A DNA stretch of 62,305 nt, the filler included, from Platydemus manokwari (taxonomy: Eukaryota), in the NCBI GenBank assembly GCA_037951405.1. It is 5 parts of 5 records of this genome, joined end to end, with 100 filler letters (N's around TTAATTAATTAA, not from the genome) between each part and the next. Parts side by side here need not be neighbours in the genome. Positions count along the whole stretch, not along the records: positions 43,908 to 53,166 come from JBBMOY011276095.1; positions 53,267 to 62,305 come from JBBMOY011309760.1; 3 more parts are not named here. The stretch is one strand, 5' to 3'. The stretch's first letter is position 1. Each line of letters opens with the position of its first letter. The position numbers were made by a program, and so were the translations under genes. Shown piece by piece: positions 43,808 to 55,050 of this stretch. The notes under the pieces are model-generated. The model ran no database searches, was not told where the DNA came from, and saw nothing but the letters and a program-made list of their open reading frames with translations.

Positions 43808-43907
43808 NNNNNNNNNNNNNNNNNNNNNNNNNNNNNNNNNNNNNNNNNNNNTTAATTAATTAANNNNNNNNNNNNNNNNNNNNNNNNNNNNNNNNNNNNN
43901 NNNNNNN
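43808..43907. other. Artificial scaffolding linker N44-TTAATTAATTAA-N44
   Basis: Same 100-nt linker. Confidence 0.97.
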
Positions 43908-44002
43908 GTTGTTGATATAAATAAATAAATAAAATAAAGGGACTCACGCTGTTGAGTTGTGTTCTAACAACCGACAAATTAACAGTCAACCACAACCCAA
44001 CA
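43908..44002 (+). repeat. 3' (U5) end of a related LTR
   Basis: ACTCACGCTGTTGAGTTG...CACAACCCAACA matches ACTCACGCTGCTGAGTTG...CACAACCCAACA at 45443-45496. Confidence 0.75.
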
Positions 44003-45503
44003 GTTCTTTGTAAGATAATTGTTCTTCTTTTTGCTCCTTTTGAAATTGCTTAAACATCTTTGTCATCTTCTAATCAATATTTCTAATGCCCGGATCCATC
44101 TGATCCCCCTTAAGAATATCAGTTTTTTTCTTCAAATTCTTCCTTTAATCTCACTTTATTAATTTGATTTACGCTACATTCATACTCTTTCTATTTGCGG
44201 TGCTCCTCTGAACGCTTTTACTGGAAATTTATTCAACCATAAGGAACGTCTGGTGCTCTACTCAGACAGTGAGGAGAGCGAAGACGAAAAGATCCCATAC
44301 TCCATCAAATCATACAGTGAATGGAGAAAAGAGCTACCTCAGAAACCACAACTGCCACAACCATCACCAAGTAACCACCCTGTGTTTATAAAACTAAAAA
44401 CACCCCTCACACCCGGTACCCCTATAATATAGAAACCCGGGTAAACAATAGTAACTAAGCCCATAAAACTAAACCCAAAATGGGAAACATGGGCTACCCA
44501 AAGCTGGAGCGTGGATTTAGACACTTGAAGTCAGCGAGGATTCACCGGAAAACTGCGAATTCAAATCCAGTCAATCTAGTTCCCAATAATCAATCCAGTT
44601 TCCAATAATGACTTTGTGATTTGATATTCTGATATTGACTTAATATTTTAATGATTTAATTTTCATATTTGACTTGATATTTTGATCATCTGTGATCTTG
44701 ATTATTAATATGAATTCTTGTAATTATATATAATTATTTTTTTGTAATAATAGTTAACATCTTATTTGGATGAAATGTAAAGAATATGGAAAATATAAAT
44801 TAGTATATATTATTATTTATAAATCAGAGAGTGAAAAATAAACATAATATTTAATTTGTAATGTCAATAATTTAGTAATAAAATTTCTAAGGTTAGATAA
44901 ATTATTAAGAATTTACAAGGTTTAGGACTTTTAAGATTGTAAACATTAAGGATCCAAAGTGAAAATATTGTTTAAAATTTACAAGAGTGATGGAAATTCC
45001 TATGTACAAAGTACCGAATCTCAGCATCTATATAAGTTGATGGATTTCCATCACAATTCACTCTCATAAAAATTTCGATACAGTGATACAGCGAATAGTT
45101 GAAATCAAACGTTGAGAAAAAATCTAAAGTAAAGGATCGATAATTTTTTTGCATTGATTTTATAACGAGTCATAAGTACTCTCTAAAGGACCTGGTTGGA
45201 ACAATTATATATAAATTTATTAAAATCTATATTAAATTCTTAAGGTTTAAGTTTTGGGTTTTCACGGTCTCTGTGGGATAATCTTACCAATTTGTTTTTG
45301 AGAAAAAATCATTTAGTGTGAGCTAATCGTCTGAATTGAATTTTTGCTGTAAATTTGTTTTTTTGCTATAAGATAAAGTTTTTTACTAAGTTTGAGTGTT
45401 TTTTATTTTATAAACTTTTACAGTAAAAGGATTAACAAAAGAACTCACGCTGCTGAGTTGGTTAAACAGCAACAAAACATCTATCACAACCCAACATAAA
45501 ATT

Positions 45504-45521
45504 TGGTGCCCAGAATAAGGA
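45504..45521 (+). promoter_or_regulatory. Primer binding site TGGTGCCCAG...
   Basis: TGG (complement of tRNA CCA) 7 nt after the LTR end; tRNA-Lys-like, identity uncertain. Confidence 0.75.
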
Positions 45522-45711
45522 GCGAGTTTTATTAAGATAATTAATTTGTTTGAAAAGTAATTCTTAAAGTAAATCTGATTAAAGGCAGATTTGATTAAAG
45601 TTTTTGTCGATAATCTGATAAAAAGCAGATATTTGAGTGTTTGATAATTAAATGATAAAATTTCTGGAAATCATATATAGATTAAGGAATAGGGACATAT
45701 AGAGGAAAATA

Positions 45712-46950
45712 ATGGACGATGAAAATATGTTTAACGTTGGAAATAATAATCACATGAATAGAGCAGTAAGGTTGCCGATTAAAGCGTATACAGGAGAGCC
45801 AATAGAATTTGCTGATTTTTTCGAAGAATAAGAGCGAGCAGCTCAGGTATATGGTTGGAATTATGAACAACAATTTCAAAGATTGCCATTTCATTTAAAG
45901 GGATATGCGTTAGAAGTTTACAATAATTTAAAAAGAGGACATCCAAATATGGGATATGCGGGCATAAAAGAAGCAATGAAAGATGAAATAGTTCTAGAAG
46001 AAGATTTCCAAGCAGCATACGCATTAGTTTTTAGAGAAAGGTTTTAAGAAGTAAATGAGTCAATAGGATCATATGTAATGTTATTGAATAAATTAGCAAT
46101 AAAAGCCTTCGGTGGAGGACCACAAATAGAAAGAGTTATTCAAAGTCAATTTAGAACGGGAGTTCGAGGGTACATACGGACCGCGCTGATGTCTGTGGAT
46201 GCGGAGAACTTTCAGGAATTAGTACAAAAGGCAAAACGAATAGAAGCCCGGTATGGAGGTAGGGCAAACGAAATTAATCAGGTCAGATTTGCTGAAGATA
46301 CGGAACCGATATTGAAAAAGAATAAGATGGACATTACGGAAGAGGATCAGAAGGATCCAGGTATTGGAAATATGGATTGGAAGAAGATGAAAAAGATGTT
46401 CGAACAATTTCAAAAGGAACAAAAGGAAGCAGAATCAGAAGATACACAAAGAAATAGAAGAAGTTGGATTCCCGGATCAAATGGAAGCATGGAACAAGGG
46501 GATACACAAAGAAATAGAAGATGTTGGACCACAGGTACAAACGGATGATGATTCAGAGGATGGGATAATAATGGCGGAAGTTGATAAAATAATTGGGACA
46601 GCTGGAATAATAATAAAATAGAAGATTGGAAAAGTAGAAAAGATGATTGAAATAATTGAAGCTACATGGCAGATGGTGCTTTAAATATAAAAAGAGAAAT
46701 GATGACACAACACAAAGATGTAAGCCCAGCATGGTAAAGAACAAATAATCGCGGAAGTTGACAAAGGATTGAAAGCCCAGCATGAAAGGGAACAAATAAC
46801 CATGGAAATTGGGGAAGAGATAGAATAAATAGAGGGGGACAGATACAACGTTATTATTGCCTTGAATACACAGAGCTCGAACATGCCGAAAAATGGAAAG
46901 AGAACAAGAGAACAGACAAAAAACAGAAATACGAAACATCGCAAATGTAC
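45712..46950 (+). pseudogene. gag: gag (capsid plus degenerate CCHC knuckle)
   Basis: AYTGEPIEFADFFEE*ERAAQVYGWNYEQQFQRLPFHLKGYALEVY...RF*EVNESIGSY...QFRTGV. Broken knuckle YYC...HRARTC at ~46850-46890. Confidence 0.85.
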
Positions 46951-47129
46951 AAAAAGAGATGAAAGTAGAAAGTTTAAGAGCACAGTTGCCAGAGATGAGC
47001 ATGGAAATAATGAAATAATGACCGAAGTGACAATTATAACTATACCACCATCAAAACCGTATAAAAAGGAACAAATGGAATTGAAAAAGTATACAGGAGT
47101 AAAGTATGGGTGCTCTGTAACAGTATTTA

Positions 47130-50100
47130 CCGATGAAACTAGACCGACAACAAGTATAATAATAAACGGGGTAGAAATCAGAGCTCTTGTAGATACAGGA
47201 GCAGATGTCTCAATGATCAAAGATAAATATCTAACACAACAATAATTAAAACCCCTCCAAAAAGATAATGCGAAGCTGGTAGCAGCACCTGGAAACGAAA
47301 TAGCTATTGAAGAAAAAATAAGATTAGATGCGGTGGTGGACAACCAAATAATAACTCATACTTTCCGAGTAACAAAAATAGGAAGCAATGAAGCCATAAT
47401 AGGCATGGACCTGTTAAGAAGATTAAATGGATATGTAGTAGATTTACAAACAGGAAAATTAAAAAAATCAAAATGAGAAAAAACCTCTAGAAATAAAGGC
47501 AGTGACAGAAATTAAGGTACCACCCAGATGTGAAAGATCAATGATAATAACAATTCCAGAGAAGTACAAAGGGACATAGATGTTTGAACCAAAAAAAGAC
47601 AAAAGTAAAAAATGGAGACAATCAAGAAGTCATAATGCCAGTAATATGCACAAAAATTGAAGGAGGGAAAGTGCCTATACGAATAACTAACTACGTAATA
47701 GATCAAATTACAATAGTACCAGGGATGGTAATAGGAATTATATGTGAGGTAGAAGAGAAAAAAGAAGAGAAATTGCCGGCTAACATCAAAAGATATCCCC
47801 AGTAGTAATAAATGTAGCAAGATTAACGGAAGAACAAAATGAGATGTTGAGACAATTGATGAAAAAATATGAAAATATAGTAGCAAAATACGAATTCGAT
47901 GTCGGAAGCACCAATGTAATTGAACACGAAATTCCGTTAACAGACCAAATACCAATAAAATTGAAACACCGGACAATGTCATATAAGCTACAAGAACTAG
48001 CAGAAACGCATAAGAATCAATTATTAAATTTCGGAATAATACGACCAAGCGCATCACCATATAAGACATACATGGTACCAGTAACGAAAAAAGATGGAGA
48101 AATCAGAATGTGAATGGATTATAGAGCATTAAACAAGAAAACAAAACCAGTAGTATACCCAATGCCAGGCCCACAAGAAATGTTTGACAAGTTACATGGA
48201 GCGAAATATTTTACGACGTTGAATTTAAATAAAGGATATCACCAGGTGCGAATGAAGGAAGAAGATATAAGCAAGACAGCCTTTTGCATAGGAGATGGAT
48301 TGTATGAATACCCAAAAATGCAATTTGGGTTAATGAATGCACCAGCAACATTTCAACGATTAATGAATACTATATTGACTGATATACCACATGCCATGGT
48401 ATACATTCATTCAACTACTTTTAAAGGTCATATAGCGGACATAGGCAAAGTCTTCTTCAATTAAGGAAGGTCAATTTTAAAGTGAAGGCCTCAAAATGTG
48501 AATGGCCACAAGAAGAAGTTCATTTTCTAGGACATGTTATCTCAGCGAAAGGAATAGACCCAGACGGAGCAAAAGTAGCAAAGATAAAAGAATTTCCGGC
48601 ACCGAAAACATTGAACGAAGCAGAAATATTCCTGGGAATGACAGCATACTACCGAAGATTCCAACAAAATTATGCAAAGATAGCAACACCAATATTCCAA
48701 GCCATGAAGGATGCAGTCCAAAAGTGGAAAGAGAAAGGAGGAGGAAGAAAGAAATAGGATGGAAACAAAAGGGGAAAACGAACAAAAACCAAAGGACAAT
48801 TACCACTAGAATGGAAAGCGCCACAGCAACAAGCATTTGAAACTTTATAAGAAAATTTAATAAAGGCCCCGATTTTGAGATATCCAGATATGAAAAAACC
48901 TTTCATCGTGATGACAGATGCCAGTGGAGGAGCACTTGGAGCGGTATTTGGACAACAAGATGATGGTGAAAAAGACCATGTAATAGCATACGCTAGCAGG
49001 ACATTAAGGAAAACCGAGAAGAATTATTCCACAATAGAGAGAGAATGCCCCGCGATAATATATGCTCTAAAGGAGTTCAGACCATATATACGGGACGGAA
49101 ATAATATTGAAAACGGGTCACAAACCATTGGAAATCTTAATGAAGCACAGAGATACTTAAAATAGACTAATAAAATGGGCTTTAAAGTTACAGGATTATA
49201 ATCTCAAAATAATGTATCGATCTGGCAAGGCTAACCCAAATGCAGATGCCTTATCAAGATGGCCAAATCCAGAAGAGGAAACCTCAACAAAAGGACATGA
49301 AGTCAGTGCCATAGAAACTTTTACAAATCTATGTGCTGCAATACCAGAAAAAGCAAATCTAACACAAGATCAAAAGTTGGATGCAGAAATACAATGAATA
49401 AAAAACCTCTTAATATCACAAAAAGAAATAACTAGTGTACAAATGGTAAATGACCAAGGAACTACGATAAAGTTGGATAAAAATTTATTAGGGACACATA
49501 AAATAAATAAAGATGGAGTTCTGATTCGGAAAAAAGATGACGGAAAGGAATTATTAGTGATGCCAAAGGAATATAGAGAACAAGTCCTGCTATAATATTA
49601 TGATGGAATGATGGTCGTCACCTATCAAAATGAAAGACTCTGGCAAGGATCCAACAAAAGTATGATTGGCCTAACATAGCAAATGATGTAAAGGAATGGT
49701 GTGAACAATGTGCAGTATGTGCTACAAGAAAAAGCACTGGAAGGAAGAGTGCCGTTAAAGCCAATAGAGCCACCATCAAGACCTATGGAATTCTGCGCGA
49801 TAGATGTGATGGCACCACTATCAGAGATAGCAAAAGGATATAAATATATAGTAGTTTTCATGGATTACTTCACGAAATATGCAAAAGTATTCCCAACAAA
49901 AGATCTAAAAGCGAAGACGATAGCAAAACTGTTGATTGAATAAATAATAATTAGATATGGTGCACCAGAGAAATTACTGACCGATAGAGGAACCAATTTT
50001 CTCAGCGAAATAATACAAGAGGTAATAAGAATATTCAGTATTGAAAAACTGTGTACAACAGCATACCACCCACAAACGGACGGAATGGTTGAGAGATTCA

Positions 50101-50720
50101 ATAGAACACTACAATAATTGTTAGGTAGTATTAGTAAATAAAAGCCAAATTGATTGGAAATCATACATAAGAATATGTTTATGGGTGTATAACAATTCAA
50201 TGAATGACATAACAGGATATGAACCGTTCTTCCTAATGTATTGTAGAAAAGCAATAATGCTTTATAAAGATGACTCGACGTATGTGGATAAGATATAAAT
50301 ATTGGAACTAGCCAAGGAAGTAAAGGCTAAAGTAAAATTTTATCCAGAACAATATAAGAGTTACTATGATCAAAAAGCCAAGGAACGTAATTTTCAAGTG
50401 GGAGACAAAGTCAGAATATTAAGTCCAGAAGTGAAAAAAGGAATGACAACCAAGCTAATGAGACCATACAAAGGATCTTTTCAAGTAATCAGAACAAACC
50501 CGACAAATTTACAATTAGTGGATTGTAAAAAGAAGAACGCAGATCCAATAGTGGTACATGCAAATAGATGCAATATGGCCGAAAAAGAGCCAGGAAAGAG
50601 CTGATAAAGGAAATACAACGAAAGGAGGGACCAAAGAAAGACAATGGAAAGCCAGCAACTGAACAAGAACAACAGCGAGAAGAACCACAACATAGATACA
50701 GACTCAGGGCAAACCCGTTG
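47130..50720 (+). pseudogene. pol: pol: aspartic protease, RT, RNase H, integrase (disrupted)
   Basis: Protease ALVDTGADVS. RT DYRALN, YFTTLNLNKGYHQV, KTAF, FGLMNAPATFQRLM (YxDD deleted), FLGHVIS. RNase H TDAS, AYASRTL, NYSTIERE. Integrase CEQCAVC, TDRGTNF, TAYHPQTDGMVERFNRTL, GPF-like module, terminal RYRLR. Confidence 0.96.
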
Positions 50721-50735
50721 CCAGTAAATAAGTAT

Positions 50736-51754
50736 ATGATAGCAATAACTTTATGCATGATGATAGTAGTAATAGAAGCAGATGAAGCACATGTATATCG
50801 ATATTGGAACAAAAACCCGAATAGAAACAGAATGGAGTATAGGAAACCGAAATGAAGGTGATAACATCAACAAACCCAGGAAGTAATTACATTTTGAAAT
50901 TCATATCAAAAACAAATCAGGCAACAAGAATAAGAAAGCAAATGAATAGAATCGAGATAGGAAGAAGAAACATTGCATGTCGAGATGGAATATGTACGAA
51001 GAAATTAGAAAATTTAAAAGCACATAGAGAATGCAGAATTCAAATCATAAGGCCAGAAGAAAGAAAGATAATACATATAAAAACGTTATGACTATCAGCA
51101 AAGGTAAAAGTAATAATAAGACTTGGACAACAACAAAAAAGAATTGGGAGACACAAATCGAAATACACAACAGCGAAAAATGGAGCAAAAAGGATGAGCA
51201 ATGACACAGGAGAAATATGCATCACACCAACACCAACGACAACAACGGCAGAAATAACACTTACCAAAAGATGGGCTAGAGAACCAGAAAGTACAATGGA
51301 TAAAAAACAAACAACGAAGCAATAAGCAGTTAAAAGGACCACGAATAAAATAACAAGCACTAATAAAATAACAAGCACAAATTAAATGACAAGCACAAAC
51401 AAGGTAATAATAACAAGAAGAATCACAACGATAATACAGAAGCCAAAAGAAAATGAAACAGGGTTCGGAAATAATGACGAAAATAAAAATGAAATGATAC
51501 CAAAACTACCAGAATATGAGAAAATAATTGAAAATTGGAAAAAATTAGATGAGAAAAGGAAGTTGGAGCATGAAACGTTAGACTATCTAGTATGGCCATA
51601 TTATGTAATATGATTTTCAGTAGTAGGAGTTCTAATAATGGTAATTACATCAGTAATAGCGGTACATAAACATTTTCAGCAAAGAAAACATCTCTTAAGA
51701 ACACGTATGTTTAATTGGCAACCAGGACAGTATACACTATCAACACCAGTATGA
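50736..51754 (+). pseudogene. env-like type I membrane protein: signal peptide, Cys-containing head, Thr-rich stalk, TM helix, short tail
   Basis: MIAITLCMMIVVIEA (signal-like); IACRDGIC...ECRI; ITPTPTTTT...TTNKITSTNKITSTN; YLVWPYYVI*FSVVGVLIMVITSVIAV (TM); basic tail ending YTLSTPV. One frame runs 50852-51754 with four internal stops. Confidence 0.6.
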
Positions 51755-51838
51755 CAATTACAGAAGCTAGATCACAAGTGGCGATCAATCTACCATAGTA
51801 AAAATAAGCCACCCTTTAAATATAAAATAATTGTATGT

Positions 51839-53110
51839 ATGAAATGGTTAAATGATTGCGCAACAATGATGTATGTTTGGTGGATATTCATATTTATATT
51901 GGTAAACATTGTTTGTTGGGAGCGCAGTTTAAATTCTGCGACATCGATTAATCATTTTGTCATTCTAGAAATGGAAAAATATATACCAATTGATCAAGAA
52001 GAAATTACTGTGAATGCAAACGTGTACAGATTATTACAACAAAGAGAGCCACAGTCCCAGTGGAGCAAACAATATCATCCGACAGAGGAGTTTAAACTGA
52101 CATCAGGATTCTATCGACACCTCCAGCGAGTAGTCGCAGCTCACCCTAGCGGAATAGCTTATAGGGATTATACGGACGAAACCCATATCCCCAACAAAAT
52201 GAAGGTAAACACGGAAGAAGGAGACCTAAGAATAATTAAAATGACAGCCGCCCGTAGGTATAACTAGTCACAATTACTCTCTAGCCTTCAAAGAGATGAA
52301 ACAGGAAACCCCAAAATAGTAAAGTATACTGATATACATATAACCCAGTCCCCGGTTACAATTACTCAACATGGCAGAACCCATCAAATAGAGGGGAATT
52401 CCACCCTAAGATTACTGGAACTAAAAAATTATACGGGATATGAGATTATAATCATTAACCCCCACCAGTTACCAACAGCAATAGACATTGAAATTATCTA
52501 CGCAAGGTCAAGACCTAGGATTGAAGAAATGCCTCAAAATATAAGACGAAACACGAAGAATCCGATATATTTACACAACACTCAAATCATATAGAATTAA
52601 CACCAACGGAATTAAGAAATCCAATGGTGTTCATGGACATAAAAGTGGCATTCGACTTAAATGGGGAGCCACATCCGATATGTGTAATCATATTAAATAT
52701 AGAAGGACAGGTAGTATGGGAGGGCAAGATAACCCCAAGGCAGAGGATCGGGCACTACTACACAAACATCATTGGCCTATCGGAATTCGATCTAGAGGGT
52801 TGCCTAGACGAAGAAAGAGCTGTAATAGCGCTAAAAAGAATGATGGAGAACCAATTAGTTGCGGGGTATAAAATTTACTCACTATTAAGAGCTATTAGGA
52901 CAAGATTACAAGAATTAGCTGAAATAAGAGATATAGCTAATGCACCGGTCATAAGGTGTACGGGATTTTACCCTGGAGGAACTTCACAGAAAAATCTTTC
53001 ATGAAAAGGCAGAAATAAGGTATAAAACGCTGCCAAAATTACATCATAAAGTTTGGCAGATCTATAAAGTGTATAAGGCCGTAGAAAAAGACTGGGAGGA
53101 TCATCCGTAA
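51839..53110 (+). pseudogene. Accessory ORF: hydrophobic N-terminus, unknown domain and C-terminal REX4/ISG20-like DEDDh exonuclease fold (52624-53110)
   Basis: VFMDIKV..ICVIILNIEGQVVWEGKITP..IGHYYTNIIGLSEFDL..MENQLVAGYKI..IRDIANAP, then after a frameshift LEELHRKIF..IYKVYKAVEKDWED. This is colinear with the REX4 pattern ALDCEM..VSIVN..G..P..DYRT..SGI..ILVGH..IRDT..SLK.L..LY..V..EWE. Confidence 0.7.
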
Positions 53111-53166
53111 GAAATGCAGTTGGCACCGGAAAAACCCTGAGGAGAGGAAAGTGGAGAGATGGATAC

Positions 53167-53266
53167 NNNNNNNNNNNNNNNNNNNNNNNNNNNNNNNNNN
53201 NNNNNNNNNNTTAATTAATTAANNNNNNNNNNNNNNNNNNNNNNNNNNNNNNNNNNNNNNNNNNNN
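53167..53266. other. Artificial scaffolding linker N44-TTAATTAATTAA-N44
   Basis: Same 100-nt linker. Confidence 0.97.
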
Positions 53267-54189
53267 TGATTTGCTACAGCACACACACAAGTGTTTACAT
53301 CTGGTGTCAAATTCCGGTTATTAAGTTATAGACCCAATATATAGGCAATTATATGAGCATTCGATACAATGTCAATAAAGAATAAAACCCAAGAAAATCA
53401 AATATTTTATAGAAAGGGGAATATGAGAATTTGAAATTGAATTAAAAATTTTAAAGATTAATTTTTATATAAAATATATAAAAAACAAATATTTTTCAAA
53501 TTATATTTTCATTTGACTTTTATTTCATAAATTCGGAAATCTATGTGTGACCGGAATATGTGACCGGTTAGCTTTGGTTAGTGATTGGAGATATTCATTA
53601 ATATCTAAACACTGAGTCAAATCACATGACCAGTTCGACTATTTTTTTTTATCACAGTCGCTCTGAATGAAAGATTTTCCGAATTTCTAATCATTGAAAT
53701 CGATTCGGCTTAAGTTCAGCTGAAACCGACTAGGATCCAGAGTATAACATATTAGTAAATAATATTGTGATATTCCTTTTGCTTTTTTTACCAGTAATTT
53801 GCAACCAATGTTTTTTAAAACCGCGCACGCATAATAGGATATCATGTAGTCCTTGTTTGAGTTTCATAAAATTTGAATTCTTATCACATAAGCTCCAATG
53901 GTTTTATTGCCAGAAGCTAATGCAATGTCACTTGTTTTCATTATTATTGTTGGATATTCAGTACTGATATTTCATTGGAATATATATCAATGGAAATTTT
54001 TTCGGAAAGTTAAATTTTCATCAGTTCTTGACTAACATTATAATCTTATTAGTGCGATCTATTGATTGATGTTAACTACTTCTATTTTATATGATGCGCA
54101 TGAAAAACAAATGTAAGAAGCTCAATCCACAAAAGTATATTTTATCGAATAATTCAAATAAATTAAATTGATCATTCGAATTTTAATTG

Positions 54190-55050
54190 ATTTTAAAACC
54201 TTAGCACACCCTCTTTTAAAAATATTTGATTTTCATCATTTTTTTCCTGTCCAGTTCTCTATTTATTTTCTATCCGAAATTCTCCATATATTCTTTATAT
54301 TTACCGTATCGCATTTTCAATATATTTCTCTATATATAAATCCCCTATTATTCTCAATATCTTCTATATTCTATGCTTTTCTGGTATTGGTCTTCTGAGA
54401 ATAGAATCCCAATGACAATTAGGTCACCATATTAGTTGTTGTTATTTCTTAAAATAGGAATTTATAATATTAGCTAAAAAAGATCCTTTAATAAAATACG
54501 AATTGTCAACGAATCTAAGAAATTTAAACCAGAAAATTTTATTTGATCAAAATATTCATGCAAATTATCGATCATTTTAATTTTTAATATCAATATATTT
54601 TCTATATAAAATAATCATTAAAATATTTATTGATTCCGGAATTCTCAGAATAGATATTTATAATTACAAAAATATTATTACCATATTTATTATTGGCCGC
54701 TACTATTTTACAACGTATTAATTGAAAACAAACCGAATATACACAAATTGATATAATTTTAATTCATTGAAAAATTCTCTAATCCCCCTTTCTTTATTAT
54801 CCTTGATTTTATTTGTATTATTAATTGTCTCTGTATTTGATCGCTCTACGTATTAATCTACATTAAAATCACGAATTCTTTATATTCTTTTTGTATCTCT
54901 TTTATATCTTCTCTACAATTTCTTTATGTTTTTCTTAATATCTAACTCCTTTTCTATATTTTTCAGTCATGGGTCTTCTCAGAGAATCGAATGCAGATGT
55001 GTGGTCGCCATGTTAGCCGCTATTATTTTATAAAGCACGTATTGAGAACG
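54190..55050. repeat. Two diverged direct copies of a TC/TA-rich repeat; inverted copy at ~60895-61080
   Basis: GGTCTTCTGAGAATAGAATCC...GGTCACCATATTAG (~54390-54435) vs GGTCTTCTCAGAGAATCGAATGC...GGTCGCCATGTTAG (~54972-55016); reverse copy GGATTCGATTCTGAGAAGATC at 60901. Confidence 0.6.

Larger units (their letters stand above)
44003..53166 (+). mobile_element. Degenerate Ty3/gypsy LTR retrotransposon with extra 3' ORFs; the 5' LTR ends at 45496 and the 3' end is cut by the gap
   Basis: LTR end CCCAACA, PBS, then gag, protease, RT, RNase H and integrase in gypsy order; strongly A-rich sense strand; many stops and frameshifts. Confidence 0.95.

Noticed and set aside
46219-51378. Many hydrophobic minus-strand ORFs over the gypsy element
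   Set aside because: Antisense shadows of an A-rich coding strand.
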